NCBI RefSeq assembly: GCF_044704955.1
Contig: NC_091994.1
Coordinates: forward strand, 92,814,001 to 92,878,000
DNA length: 64,000 nucleotides
Source of the DNA: Pristiophorus japonicus
Lineage: Eukaryota
Reading direction: 5' to 3'
Below the pieces are notes generated by a model, which worked only from the letters and a program-made list of their open reading frames with translations, ran no database searches and was not told where the DNA came from. Shown here piece by piece: positions 42,353 through 55,635 of the stretch. The stretch's first letter is position 1. Every line of letters starts with the position of its first letter. The position numbers and the translations under genes are program-made.

Positions 42353-45300
42353 ATGTCGCACTCCGACCGTTTGCAGTCCCTTCGAGACCAGAACAAACTT
42401 CTGCTGCAGCGGCTGAGCGCGGAGCGGCTTAGGGCTCCGTGGAGAGTGCCCGTGCCCCCCAAAAGCAACGACAGAGCCTGTCCGGCTGCCGTCAGCTCAG
42501 CGCAGGGCCGAGGTGCCGCACATTCCCGAGGGAACAGCTATAGTAACAAGATGCTAGAGGTAGGTGTAGGCTCCACATTTTAAGGAGAGTGCACTGCTCA
42601 AACTAGAATGACAGGAATGTGTTAATGAAAAGCTTATCAGCCTTTAAAATATATAAATAGTTCAACACTGTCCCTACAAACACTCCCAGAGCAGGTACCA
42701 CACGGGTTAGATACAAAGTACAGCTCCCAGCCTACCTCACCACCATTTCTCTCGATTCCTCCACCGTCTCTAATTTGTCACGCTGCTTGTCCAACATCCA
42801 GTGCTGGATGAGCAGAAATTTTCTCCCAACTACATTTTTGGAAAACCATTGTCTTTGATCTACACCACCATCTCCGTTCCCAAGCCACCAACTCCATCCC
42901 TCTCTCTGGCAAACTGCCTGAGGCTGATCGTAACCTTCGTGTCGTATTTGACCCCGAGCTGAGCTTCCGACCACATATCCGCTCCATCACCAAGACCTAC
43001 TTCCACCACTCTAACATTGCCCGCCTTCAGCTCTGAAATCCTCATCCATGCCTTTGTTATCCCTATCTAGACTTGACTATTCCAACTTCCAACCCTCTCC
43101 GAGCTGGCCACTCATTTTCCACCTCCATAAACTTGTCATTGTCCAAAACTCTGCCGCCCGACATCCTAACTCGTACCAAGTCCCATTCACCCATCACCGC
43201 TGCTTGGTGACCTACGTTTCCTCCTGGATGAACAACATATCGACTTTAAAATTCTCATCCTCATTTTCATATCTCTCCATGGCCTCACCCCTTCCTATCT
43301 CTGTAACCTCCTTCTGTGGCTCGGTGTCAAATTTTGTTAACACTCCTGTGATACGCCTTGGGATGTTGTATTACATTAAGGATGCTATATGGATTTTTGG
43401 ACTCTAGGGATATGGGAATTGGGTAGAAAAGTGGAGTTGAGGTCGAAGATCAACTATGATCTTATTGAATGCGGAGCAGGCTCGAAGGGCCGTATGGCCT
43501 ACATCTCCTAATTCTTATGTTCTTAAGTGCAAGTTGTTGTTGTATACTGTACTATCAAATGTTCCAACAGCAGGTAGGTGCAGAATAAATTAGCCCAACA
43601 ACATACTTTAACTCTGGTACCTGAAGGGCCATTGGTATGACGTTCATTGATCTCACACCAGCCACCCTTAATGTCTCTTACTGAGCTGCCAAATGAGCTA
43701 CATTTTCTCAGTTTGTATCTGTGTTGTGGCTCTATCTGTGAGCTGGGTTTGAATCCAGGCCGTGAGTGCAGTGTTTAAGGCTGGTTACTGCCCTGTGTAC
43801 TCACTGACCTAAAACACAATATTTTGATTTTCTTTCAGGAGGATGATGTCAATTCACACAGGAATCCTAATTTAAAATACCAAGCTCGTTCGGAACTGCC
43901 AGGGCAAGTAATAGAGACTGATGGGTCACAGGAACCCACTGAGGCGATGGTATCTGAATCCCTACAGAGAAGGGAAGAATGCCGAGCAGCCCTTTCCAGT
44001 CTTTCAACACGCAGAGCCAAGAAGCAACGCTGGAACGTTGGTGCGGAGGATGGAGCGAGTATGGAGCTGCCTGACTGTCTTCCTGTCGGTGAGGACAGAG
44101 CCATTCCCAGTGTACAACACAACGGTTCCCTCTCAGCAGGTCTGTCACCTGGAGGAAGCCATACCCCAGCGGAGACACTGGGCCGCGAGATGAGCGAGCT
44201 GATGTCAGAGCCCAGAAGCATCACCTGCAAGCAGCTGACCAATTGTGGTGTGACTGAACTTTTTAAAAGCTCAACCCCTTTTACCAAACCCCCCTCTGCC
44301 CCGAGGTTAAGGAGACAGCCGGAGCTCCCCACACCGGGACTGCCGAGCACAGGGGGAGCCGGCTACAGGGGAAGCAGCCCCAGGCACCATTCTCACTTCC
44401 TGCAGACCCACAGTGAGGGCCCAAAGCCACGGTCCAAGCTGGAGCTGCCACTGTATGTGGACCAGCTGCTGGCTGAGGGCAATGATCGATACAGAGGGCA
44501 GTTCATCAGACATACTCAGAAGCCAAAATCGATCATCTTGGAATCCTGTGACAAGGTGGCAAAGGTAGGAGGCTATCCTCATTTACAACTGACGTTTGTT
44601 GCTGCGAGCTTTCCCCAGTTTGGCACTATAGAGCCAGGGATCTCTGAAGAACCGGCTTCCATGTCAATGATTGCAGATATAGGTAACCTGTTCCTATAAT
44701 ATACACTGCTAGGCAGAGTGGAGTGATATAGGGTCCATGACTGGGCTGGTGTGGAGTGATACAGGATCTGTGAGAGGGCCGGAGTGGAGGGATACAGGAA
44801 CTGTGAGAGGGCCGGAGTGGAGGGATACGGAAACAATGACAGGGCCGGAGTGAAGGGATTCGGAAACTATGACAGGGCTGGAGTGAAGGGTTACGGAAAC
44901 ATGACTGGGTCAGAGTGAAGGGATACGGAAACTTTGAGAGGGCCGGAGTGGAGGGATACCGAAACTGAGGGGGGCGGCCGGAATGGAGGGATACACGACA
45001 TGTGAGAGGGCTGGTGTGGAAGGATATGGAAACTGTGAGAAGGCCGGAGTGGAAGGATACGGAAACTGTGACGGGGCTGGAGTGGAGGGATACACGACCT
45101 GTGACAGGGCTGCAGTGGAGGGATACGGGAACTGTGACAGGACCGGAGTAGGGCTGAGGTATGAGTGACCTCTCAATCAAGTGACTGTGCGATTTGCCTC
45201 GACTGACCTCCCTCCGCCCGCACCAGCTTCTGCAAGATGCTCTCTGTCGCTGTGGGGCACATGATGAGGATTGCACCAATCGTCACTGGTAGAGGGGGAG

Positions 45301-48300
45301 CAGGCCGATAAATCATGCAGATTTGGCTGTTGGTCGATGCAGCCCAGAGTATTAAACTTTCTTGTTCATTCACAGGCGGACGTGGGTCATGTGACATTCC
45401 TGTCCCCAGACGAGGAGGCCAGCCTCCGGGCAGAGGTTCAATCAGTTCAACCCCTCCTGGGCTATGATTGGATAGCAGGTAATGTGCTGGGCTGTGTTGG
45501 AATTGTCCCGGGACTTTAACTGCCTGCCTGGGCTGAGGCTGGGCCTCTGTGTTTCCAGCGATCCTGCTTTTGCCATGTCTGTGCTGCTCTTCATTCCTCC
45601 TGCTGCGAGAACTGTGGCACGAATAGATACCGGTCTCCAGCTGCTGTGCTGTGCGATCCGTCTGGAGTGCGGGACGGTTGATTTTTGCTTTGTGTTCATC
45701 AGGTCTGATAGACGTGGACTCACCAGTGTCAGAAAAATCAGAGCAGTATTTTGTGGAACTGCAGAATTTCCGACGGGTGAACAAGGAAGAATGTGTCTAC
45801 CAGGAGTACATGGTGTAAGTGTGAGCTGGGACTGTCCGGCGGAGTAAGTGTGAGCTGGGACTGTCCGGGGGAGTAAGTGTGAGCTGGGACTGTCCGGGGG
45901 AGTAAGTGTGAGCTGGGACTGTCCGGGGGAGTAAGTGTGAGCTGGGACTGTCCGGTGGAGTAAGTGTGAGCTGGGACTGTCCGGGGGAGTAGGTGTGAGT
46001 AAATACTAGGGGTTCGAGGGTCTCGTGAAAAGGAGGCACTGAAGGAAATCCTTATTAGTCAGGAAATTGTGTTAGGGAAATTGATAGGATTGAGGGCTGA
46101 TAAATCCCCAGGGTCTGATAGGCTGCATCCTAGAGTACTTAAGGAAGTGGCCCTAGAAATAGTGGATGCACTGGTGATCATTTTCCAACATTCTATTGAC
46201 TCTGGATCAGTTCTTATGGACTGGAGGGTAGCTAATGTAACACCACTTTTTAAAAAAGGAGGGAGAGAGAAAACAGGGAATTATAGCCTGACATCGGTGG
46301 TGGGAAAATGTTGGAATCCATTATTAAAGATGAAATAGCAGCGCATTTGGAAAGCATGACAGGATCGGTCCAAGTCAGCATGGATTTAGGAAAGGTAAAT
46401 CATGCTTGACAAATCTTTTAGAATTTTTTGAGGATGTAACTAGTAGAGTGGACAAGGGAGAACCAGTGGATGTGGTGTATCTGGACTTTCAAAAGGCTTT
46501 TGACAAGGTCCCACACAAGAGATTAGTGTGTAAAATTAAAGCACATGATATTGGGGGTAATGTATTGACGTGGATAGAGAACTGATTGGCAGACAGGAAG
46601 CAGAGAGTCGGAATAAACGGGTCCTTTTCAGAAAGGCAGGCAGTGACTAGTGGGGTGCCGCGGGGTTCAGTGCTGGGACCCCAGCTATTTACAATATACA
46701 TCAATGATTTAGATGAAGGAATTGAATAATATCTCCAAGTTTGCAGATGACACTAAGCTGGGTGGCGTTGTGAGCTGTGAGGAGGATGCTAAGAGGCTGC
46801 AGGGTGATTTGGACAGGTTAGGTGAGTGGGAAAATGCATGGCAGATGCAGTATAATGTGGATAAATGTGAGGTTATCCACTTCGTTGGCAAAAACAGGAA
46901 GACAGAATATTATCTGAATGATGACAGATGAGGAAAAGGGGAGGTGCAACAAGACCTGAGTGTCATGGTACATCAGTCATTGAAGGTTGGCAAGCAGGTA
47001 CAGCAGGCGGTGAAGAAGGCAAATGGCATGTTGGCCTTCATAGCTAGAGGATTTGAGTATAGGAGCAGGGACGTCTTACTGCAGTTGTACAGAGCCTTGG
47101 GTGAGGCCACACCTGGAATATTGTGTTCAGTTTTGGTCTCCTAATCTGAGGAAGGACATTCTTGCTATTGAGGGAGTACAGCGAAGGTTGACCAGACTGA
47201 TTCCCGGGATGGCAGGACTGACATATGAGGATAGACTGGATCAATTGGGCTTGTATCCGCTGGAGTTTAGAAGAATGAGAGGGGATCTCATAGAAACATA
47301 TAAAATTCTGATGAGATTGGACAGGTTACAGGCAGAAAGAATGTTCCCATTGCTGGAGAGTTCCAGAGCCAGGAGTCACAGTCTAAGAATAAGGGATAAG
47401 CCATTTAGGATCAAGATGAGGAGAAACTTCTTCACTCAGAGTTGTGAACCCTGTGGAATTCTCTACCGCAGAGAGTAGTTGAGGCCAGTTCGTTAGATAT
47501 ATTCAAAAGGGAGTTAGATATGGCCCTTACAGCCAAAGGGATCAAGGGGTATGGAGAGAAAGCAGGAAAGGGGTACTGAGGTTGAATGATCAGTCATGAT
47601 CTATTGAATGATGGTGCAGGCTCGAAGGGCCGAATTGCCTGCTCCTGTACCTAATTTCTATGTTTCTATGACTGTCTGCGGGAGTAAATGTGAGCTGGGA
47701 CTGTCTGCGGGAGTAAATGAGTAATATATTGGCACAGATTGAGTATTGGTTAATGGACAGAAAACTGAAAGTAGGAATAAACGTGTCATTTTCCAGTTAG
47801 CAGGTTGTAACTAGTGGGATGCCGCGCAGATCAGCGCTTGGGCCTCAGCTGTTTACAAATTATATTAATGACTTAGATGAGGGGACCGAATATATCGTAT
47901 CCAAGTTTACTGACAGTACAAAGCTAGCTGCGAGGAGGACGCAAAGAGCCTACAAAGAGATATAGACAGTTTAAGTGAATGGGTACGAATGTGGCAGATG
48001 GAATATAATGTGGAGAAATGTGGTTAACCACTGCTAAGAAAAATAGAAAAGCAATATTTTTTAAAAGGTGAGAGGCTGGGAAATGTTGGTATTCAAAGGG
48101 ACCTGGGTGTCCCAGGACATGACTCTCAGGAAGTTAATGTGTAGGTGCAGCATGCAATTAGGAAAGCAAATGAGAGATTGAGTAGACTAGGCTTATATTC
48201 CCTGGAGGTTAGAAGAATGAGAGGTGATCTCATTGAAACATATAAAATTCTTAAGGGGCTTGACAGAGTAGATGCAGGGGTGATGTTTCCCCGGGTTGGA

Positions 48301-51300
48301 GAGTCTAGAACTAGGGGTCAGTCTCAAAATAAAGGGGCGGCCATTTAGGACTGTGATAAGGGGAAATTTATTCACTCAAAGGGTTGTGCATCTTTGAACT
48401 TCTCTACCCCAGTGGGCTGTGGATGCTCAGTCGTTGAGCATATTCAAGACAGAGATCGCTAGATGTTTGGGTACTAAGGGAATCAAGGGACACGGGGATC
48501 GTGAGGAAGGTGGAGTTGAAATAGAAGATTAGCCATGATCTTATTGGCTCGAAGAGCCGAATGGCCTACTTCTGATTCTATTTCTTATGTTTTTACGACT
48601 GTCCGGGGGAGTAAGTATTGATTTGTGGAGAGACTCAATTAAGCCATCTCTTTATTTTGCGGGAGAACATTCACTGTTTTCTGATTTGTCTCCGATATGC
48701 GGCCTCCAATAAATTATTGGTACTTTCCCTGTGATTTATGAAATGTTTTTGTACAGAGCGGTCAACAGGAGCAGGAACCCTGGCCGATTTCCCCTCTCTA
48801 ACCCGGAGATTACAGGTTAGTGAGCAGGAGCCCTGGCCGATTGTGTTTGTTCTCTGTTGCCCAAAGGAGACTAAATTAGATTCTGGTAAAAGGCCCAGTA
48901 TTTAGAACAGTGGTGGGCCTTTAATCAGATGTCGTCTTATTCTTTCACTTTTCAGGGCAGAGGACCTGGAGGTTCCGGTCGCGGATCAGGATGAGCTTAA
49001 TTACAACCGTCACGTTCACCAGTGTGAGTAACCGTCCTGCTCGTGTTGAAGTTCGACTGTTTGGTTCAATGATGGCTCAGTGTGTATAGCTGCTGTGTGT
49101 TTTGATATTGAGGATTCCATTCTTAGGCGGTGCTGGATTGCCTGATGTTATCCAGGCAGCAATAGGAGCTACAATTGGCCGCAATGCCTGGTCTAGGGAG
49201 GGAAAATTAGCCAGAAGCCCTGCTCCTGATCACAGTCCAGTGCTTGTTTGGGGACACTGGTTAGGATCAGGTTTGACTGTGATGTAGTGAACCCAAGTGA
49301 GAGTCAGCACCTTCAGGAGAGGAGGAGACCTGAACCCCAGTAAGAGTCAGCACCTTCAGGAGAGGAGGGACCAGAACTCCTCAAACTTCTCAGGGTAATT
49401 GGGATTGGGCAATAAATTCAGAACAAATTTTTAAAACTGAACGTGATACCACATGTTCGCACATCACAAAATCTGAAACTGAGTAAATGTGATTGTTTGA
49501 CCCCAGTTGAAGGGCAGTGTTTATAACCAGGCTTTTAGAGAAGCTGGAGGTCAATCCTGCATATTGCTCGGATTCAGGCTGCAGAGTGACCTGTTGCAGT
49601 GTTTTTGCGAGTTGACAATGGTGGATCTGCATGAGATAAAAGTTTCTCAAACGCGTGGCTGTGATTATCTATTTCAGGCACTCACTCTTACCGTGTTAAC
49701 AGTCGCCTATTTGCAGTCCCAGTGGAACCAACGGCAGCCTGTCCTGTTTGTAAAACTCCCAAATCGAAGCGGCCGCACACTATGGAGGAGCCTGCTTACA
49801 TCCGGTGAGACTCCACCCATTACTGCACGCACCACACAAAGCTATTTGTAAAACAGCAGCCGTAATGTCTAAAGCACAAACTGAGTTGGGTGTACACTGG
49901 GAAGGACTGTAGAACAATTCAACAGATTCGGAGTCTGGCTCCATGACATTCCAGATTCATATTTTTGCTCTCTGATTCTCAGACTCCGGCTCCTTGTTTT
50001 TGCTCTCACTGATTGCTTCTCAGATTCCGTTTCCTTGTTTTTGCTTTTTCTGGTTCTCAGCCCATGCCCTTGTTTCAGGCGAAGTGGCAACCATGTGCCA
50101 GCTGTGGCTCAGTTGGTAGCACCTTTGCCTCTGAGTCAGAAGGTTGTGGGTTCAAGTTCCACTCTAGAGACTTGAGCACAAAAATCTAGGCTGACACTCC
50201 AGTGCAGTACTGAGGGAATGCTGCACTGTTGGAGGTGCCATCTTTCGATGAGACGTTAAACCCAAACCCCGTCTTCTCTCTCAGGTGGACGTAAAAGATC
50301 CTATGACACTATTTAAAGAAGAGCAGGGGAGTTCTCCCTGGAGTCCTAGCCAATAGTTATCCCTCAATCAGATTATCTAGTCATTATCACATTGCTGTTT
50401 GTAGGAGCTTGCTGTGTGCAAATTGGCTGCCTACATTACAACAGTGACTGCCCTTCAAAAAAGTACTTCATTGGCTTTGAAGTGCTTTGGGACATCCGGT
50501 GAAAGAAAAACTTGCTTTTATTTAGTGCCTTTCGCAACCATCAGACATCTCAAAGTGCTTTACAGCCAATGAAGTACTTTTGGAGTGTAGTCACTGTTGT
50601 CACAATAGTTGGGAAAGGTTCTATATAAGAACATAAATAGGAACAGGAGTAGGCCATTTGGCCCCTTGAGCCTGCTCCACCATTCAATAAGATCATGGCT
50701 GATCTGATCTTCGCCTCAACCCCACTTCCCTGCCTGCTCCCCATAACCCTTGACTCCCTTATCGTTCAAAAATCTGCCTATCTCCACCTTAAATATATTC
50801 AATAGCCCAGCCTCCACAGCTATCTGAGGTAGAGAATTCCAAAGATTAATTTCCGTTTTAAATGGGCGACCCCTTATTCTGAAACTGTGCCCCTTAGTTC
50901 TAGATTTTCCCACGAGGGGAAACATCCTCTGGATCTATTATGTCACGCCCCCTCAGAATCTTATACGTTTTAATAAGATAACCTCTCAATCTTCTAAACT
51001 CAACGTATTGTCCCAAGAAACCACCCCAAATACACTCTGTGAACAACAGTGAGGCTTATCAAATGTTCATGTGTTTAGGTTTTATTCATAGCTCTGATAG
51101 TTACTCTCTCAATTGCAGCATGGAGTTTCCAGGCATCAGTTTTGGGCAGGATCTCCAAGTGGTTATGTCCTTATCGGAAGCAGTACCTGGGCTAGGCAGT
51201 CACTGGGTCGGAATTGTGCTGTGAATTGATCAGACTTGAATATTAAGGGTATCCAGGGATATGGGGATAGTGCAGGCAAGTGGAGTTGAGGTAGAAGATC

Positions 51301-54300
51301 AACCATGATCTCATTGAATGGCGGAGCAGGCTAGGGGGGCCAAGTGGTGTACTCCTGCTCTTATTTCTAATGTTCTATGTTTGTATCACTTTCAGAGTCA
51401 GCATCCCCAGATCAACCTTGCTCCCTCCGCACGAATACAAGCCACACCGTAGGAAAAGCTTTGATCCCAGTGACAGCCTGTCTCTGCCTTCAGTAAGTCT
51501 TTTACATACATACCAGCTTGAACCTCATTTACTGTAGCAGCTCTGTCCACCCAATTATACCTGAGGGCCCTGTGGTTGCAGATTTCTAGGGACCGTGATT
51601 ATAACCAAGTTGGGATCTTGATTAGAGTTCCTGTGGTTACGATGGTTTTAATAAAATTAGTCACAGGGGCCGGTGATTCTGCCGAGGTTCCTCCTGGTTG
51701 GCTGGAGTCTGTGCCAGTCTTGTCAAACTACTCCCCTCAGTAATACGCACGCACATGTGATTTGTTTGCTGCAGAAATATTTTTCTTTTGGCCTTCATAA
51801 GTGATTTTCATCCCTTCGATGACTTGTTCTCTGGGCTAATTCAGCTCCCTCCCACGCCTGCAATCTCAGCATGCAGCAGGGCAAGTACTGCAGAACGAGA
51901 GAGAAAGTGCTGTAGAGGCAAACTGCAGAGAGGCAAGAGAGAGGAGGAGGAAAAAAAGGGAAAACAGGGTGGCAGAGAAGGGAGAGAGAAATAGGAATGG
52001 AGGAGGTAAAAGCAGAACAAAATAATAACTTTTATTTATATAGCACCTTTAACGTGGTAAAACGTCCCAAGGTGCTTCACAACAATTTTACAACACGTTA
52101 GATATTGACCATTGAAGGAAAAAGAGAAAAAGCGGGAGAAGGAAGTGTAAAAAGAGGTTAAAGGCTCAGGTCCGAAGTGGTTGCCAAAATGCGCACGCAG
52201 AGAGACACAGGTGAAAATTTTTTTAAAAATAATTCAAATTACATTGTAAATAATACAATAAGGAGTATACAGTAGTAAAATCAGTATAATAAAGATGAAT
52301 TAGAATTAAACAAAATTAAATAATATATACCATAATTATAAATTAAGTTAATTTGAAAATCAGCAATTGAAGCAAATTAAATCTGTTATTAGCTGTCTTT
52401 AAGATTCATTCCCTGTCCAGTTATTCAATTAATCTGGAAGAACCAATCACTCCTCCATCCTTGTGATGTCACAATTTTATTACTTTTTATTTCTCATTTT
52501 GTCCTCTTGATGGGACCTGTAATAGCTCCAGGCTCGAGCTACCTCCGTTGTCGGGGAGACGCTGATGTTTAAATCTCTCTCCAGCTTCTCCAGGTTCGCG
52601 CTGCTTCCATTGTCAGTGAGACGCTAATGTTTAAATTTCCCTCCAGCTTCTCCAGGTTCGCGCTGCTTCCGTTGTCAGGGATACGCTGATGTTTAAATCT
52701 GCCTCCAGCTGCTCCAGGCAGAATGGGGAAAAATGCGAGAGACACAAATACCCGTGCAACGGCAAAAGAACAAATATAGGAAAATAAACATCACAGAACT
52801 TGACCATCACTGTAATTTTCAGAACATGTTTAAATGTTTCCATAGCTAATCCATGATTTCCTGTAACAGATTGAGAGCCCACATTATAATCTGTACAGTC
52901 AGTGACTTTAATGAGAAAGTATCCCCTTCCTATCTTATAACCTGATCATATATTTTTTCCTTCTGTTAATACTGAGAGAAACCAGCTGTTGCCTCTGTGC
53001 TACTTCTAGATGCAGAGTCTTCAGTTAGAGGTTTTAATAGAGGGAACGATGCTCACAGATAATACACACACGACAATGTGGGGGCTGCGGGAGACCATGC
53101 GTTACAGTTGCTGAGCTCAGCCGCAGGGTGATTAGCCCCCAAGTCTTCCTTAACTCTCTTCCGATGCTCTTGCTTTTTATCCTATAGCTAAAAAGGTAAT
53201 TGCATCATACGTCCTCCATAACCTTCACTCTTGGTTTCCACGAACTCAGCATTCCAGAGAGTGGGTCTCATAACGAACAGTATCATTACATGTACAGAAG
53301 AGGTAAACATATGTATATATTTGGAGGCTCGAACTTGTGAAATTCTACAGCCAACGTCTATTTCAACAGATTTTGCAAAAACTGCTTTTTAACCAAAATG
53401 TGGTCCTGAACATAAATGGGTTCTTTAATAAAACTTTTACTGCTAGCGTTCCTAACACTACCATTCTGCCCACGGGTAAATCTCTATCTAATATACCTGT
53501 GCTGAATCTATGACAGTGTCACGTTTCATCCAGGATCTGTGTGTACATGACTACTAGTGCTCTTTTATAAAACCTTATCCTTTGCCTAGTGTTTAACCTG
53601 TGAATATCAACAGTTGAAAAAGGCGCACAAAAATGTTTCACATTTACAATGCAATGAACATAAAGCACTGGCAAACCAAAAGTGGAATCTGATATAGAAA
53701 AAGGGCAGTTCTGCGATTTAGTGAGTGAAGGCAGCAACAAGTGTGGGATTGAGCCTCGAGAATTCTGTGCTGAGTTATAGGGCTACAATTGATCAGAGTT
53801 AGGAGAAGAACATTCAGCTGATCTGTAATTGGCACTCTGTGCTGGGAAGGACATGTAAACAGACATCTGGTGTGGGCAGGTTCCGGCTTGGTTGCCCCTT
53901 GTACACTTTCAAAATATAAGTGATTGTGTGGCGCATTGTTGCGAGTCTGACCTTGCACTGTCTTGCCTCTGCCAGCACTGTCTGTTAGGCTGGGAGAGTA
54001 CCGTGCCCTCCACCACTCCTGTCGCAAGCACCCTGGACTTACGTAGTACGCTGGAACACAAAAAGCCTTCATCGCAATTGACCCTTAACCTCTCCAACCT
54101 GGTAAGGTGCTAATGCTGTAATCTGTCATTGTTAATGCTTTCGAGCAGCCAATGAAATGTTTGTGGTGATCTGTGACTGAATCATATCACTCAGTAAAGG
54201 ATGGTGTAAAATATGAAATCTTTTTCAGTGTTTGTATAGAGAGACCTTCATCGGGTTTAGTCTCTACATATAACTCCTGCCGTGTGGGTATGGTTGACAC

Positions 54301-54992
54301 TGTTTCTGCCTTTAACATCTGTCCTTTTACCAGAGTTCAGCTCAGCGTACACGCCTTTTCACCATATCTCTGTAGAATCATCGACCTGCTTGAGCCCATT
54401 GATCTGCCTCTTTCAATGACTTTCCCTCACTTATTTCACAATTCCAATGCCCTTTATATCTGAATGTTCTGATTGATTTCCCTATTACTCTCTGCTCCTT
54501 AGCTTGTGTCCCTTCACATTTGAACCCTATTCACAGTGAAACATTTGCCCAACTTCCTCGATCCTCTTCAGTCTTTGAAACTTCAAATAGATTCATTCCA
54601 AAGTGTTGACCATCACCTTATGCAACTACTATGTGTCCCATCATGCAGAATTGTATTCCCGCAACTGACTGAAACTGAGTCTATCAATACATTTAAACGG
54701 GAGATAGATAAACACTTGAAGAGTGTACATAGGAGTACTAGTGCTGGCACTGGCACAAAGAGCGAATAGCTTCCTTCTGTGCTGTAATTTTTGTGAAGAA
54801 CCAGTTGAATCAGTAACATGTGGTTTTGTGCTTGTGTTCCAGAGTGCCGCTGTATCTCGAGTGGCTGGAGGTACCAGGTCAGATGAGCTGCTGAACCTCT
54901 CGCGTTCGACACGCTACCAGTTTCAGAGACTGGAGCAAAGCCTGAGACTGAGACTGGACAGACCTCATTCAACATCCTACCCTGTCTATTAG
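42353..54992 (+). CDS. MIIP: Migration and invasion-inhibitory protein, about 571 aa
   Basis: Phase-compatible exons 42353-42559 ([21 protein letters not shown]), 43839-44564, 45376-45478 ([10 protein letters not shown]), 45703-45814 (FRRVNKEEC), 48956-49023, 49678-49804 ([15 protein letters not shown]), 51396-51492 ([15 protein letters not shown]), 53976-54101 (HCLLGWE), 54843-54992. These motifs are MIIP hallmarks and the gene follows MFN2. The first donor choice is less certain. Confidence 0.92.
42735..43527 (+). mobile_element. L2 fragment followed by a CR1 3' tail
   Basis: [21 protein letters not shown] and VQNSAAR motifs; CR1 tail 43400-43527. Confidence 0.75.
44715..45150. repeat. About 36-bp purine-rich minisatellite
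   Basis: GGGCCGGAGTGGAGGGATACGGAAACTGTGACA-like unit, about 12 copies. Confidence 0.9.
45815..46000 (+). repeat. 29-bp minisatellite made of the MIIP splice donor
   Basis: GTAAGTGTGAGCTGGGACTGTCCGGGGGA at 45815, 45844, 45873, 45902, 45931, 45960 and 45989 (GTAGGT); remnants at 47671-47720 and 48598-48618. Confidence 0.95.
46002..47670 (+). mobile_element. 5'-truncated CR1 LINE
   Basis: [30 protein letters not shown] and [13 protein letters not shown]; (TTTCTATG) tail. Confidence 0.92.
47720..48596 (+). mobile_element. Older degenerate CR1 LINE fragment
   Basis: RT remnants and [27 protein letters not shown]; TTTCTTATG tail. Confidence 0.85.
50095..50503 (+). mobile_element. Near-full-length Deu-domain tRNA-SINE (SacSINE1-like)
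   Basis: A-box TGGCTCAGTTGG at 50105, B-box GGTTCAAGTTC at 50149, central GAAGAGCAGGGGAGTTCTCC, and the Deu 3' region. Confidence 0.85.
50625..51003 (-). mobile_element. CR1 3' end
   Basis: [23 protein letters not shown]...LWNSLP. Confidence 0.8.
52540..52718. repeat. About 62-bp tandem repeat, 3 copies
   Basis: ACGCTGATGTTTAAATCTCTCTCCAGCTTCTCCAGGTTCGCGCTGCTTCC.TTGTCAG unit. Confidence 0.85.
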
Positions 54993-55635
54993 TACCTAAC
55001 CCCCACCCCCACTCCACACATGCGTTGAACAAGTGCCTGAGCTTTGCTGCAACCCCGGGGATTTTTGAATCTGTTTTTCTCGGTGAAATCTGGTTTGGAG
55101 ATGAATTGCATACAGTGACCACTGAAAATCCAAGAAAAGAAATGGCAGTGGCTGGGATTCACTTGCTAACTAACACCTTATCAGATCCTGGCTGTGTTCA
55201 TCAGCCCAGCTCAAGGCAAATAGCATTGGCAATGTTGCAATAAGGCTAGAACTAGTCAGCCTGAGGGGCATTTTAGGTGCGACTATCCGGCAGGCATGGT
55301 CAGGCTGGGGAAGCCATTTGACTAATTTGTGAGAATATACTAGGAAAGGATGTGGTCACTGCAGCTCTACATTTGGAATTGAGTTGTAAAGTGAATGGTG
55401 GAAAGGTGAAATAAAAGCAGAGAATATTGGACACGCACAGCTGGTCCATCAGCACCAGAAAGAGAGGCAGCTTAACGTTTGCTCCTGAACAGTCTCGATG
55501 CCAAATGGTAACCTGTCTGACTGACCTGTTTCTGTATGGGGAGCATGACTGCCTGGCTGTGTGTGGGCATGCCAGTGTAAGTGTGTGTGTGTGTGTGTGT
55601 GTGGCCATGTGTGAGTCCGTCCGTTTTAGTTGCTG

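Noticed and set aside
50095-50170. tRNA-like sequence with A and B boxes
   Set aside because: Head of a SINE that continues into the Deu domain; no proper acceptor stem.
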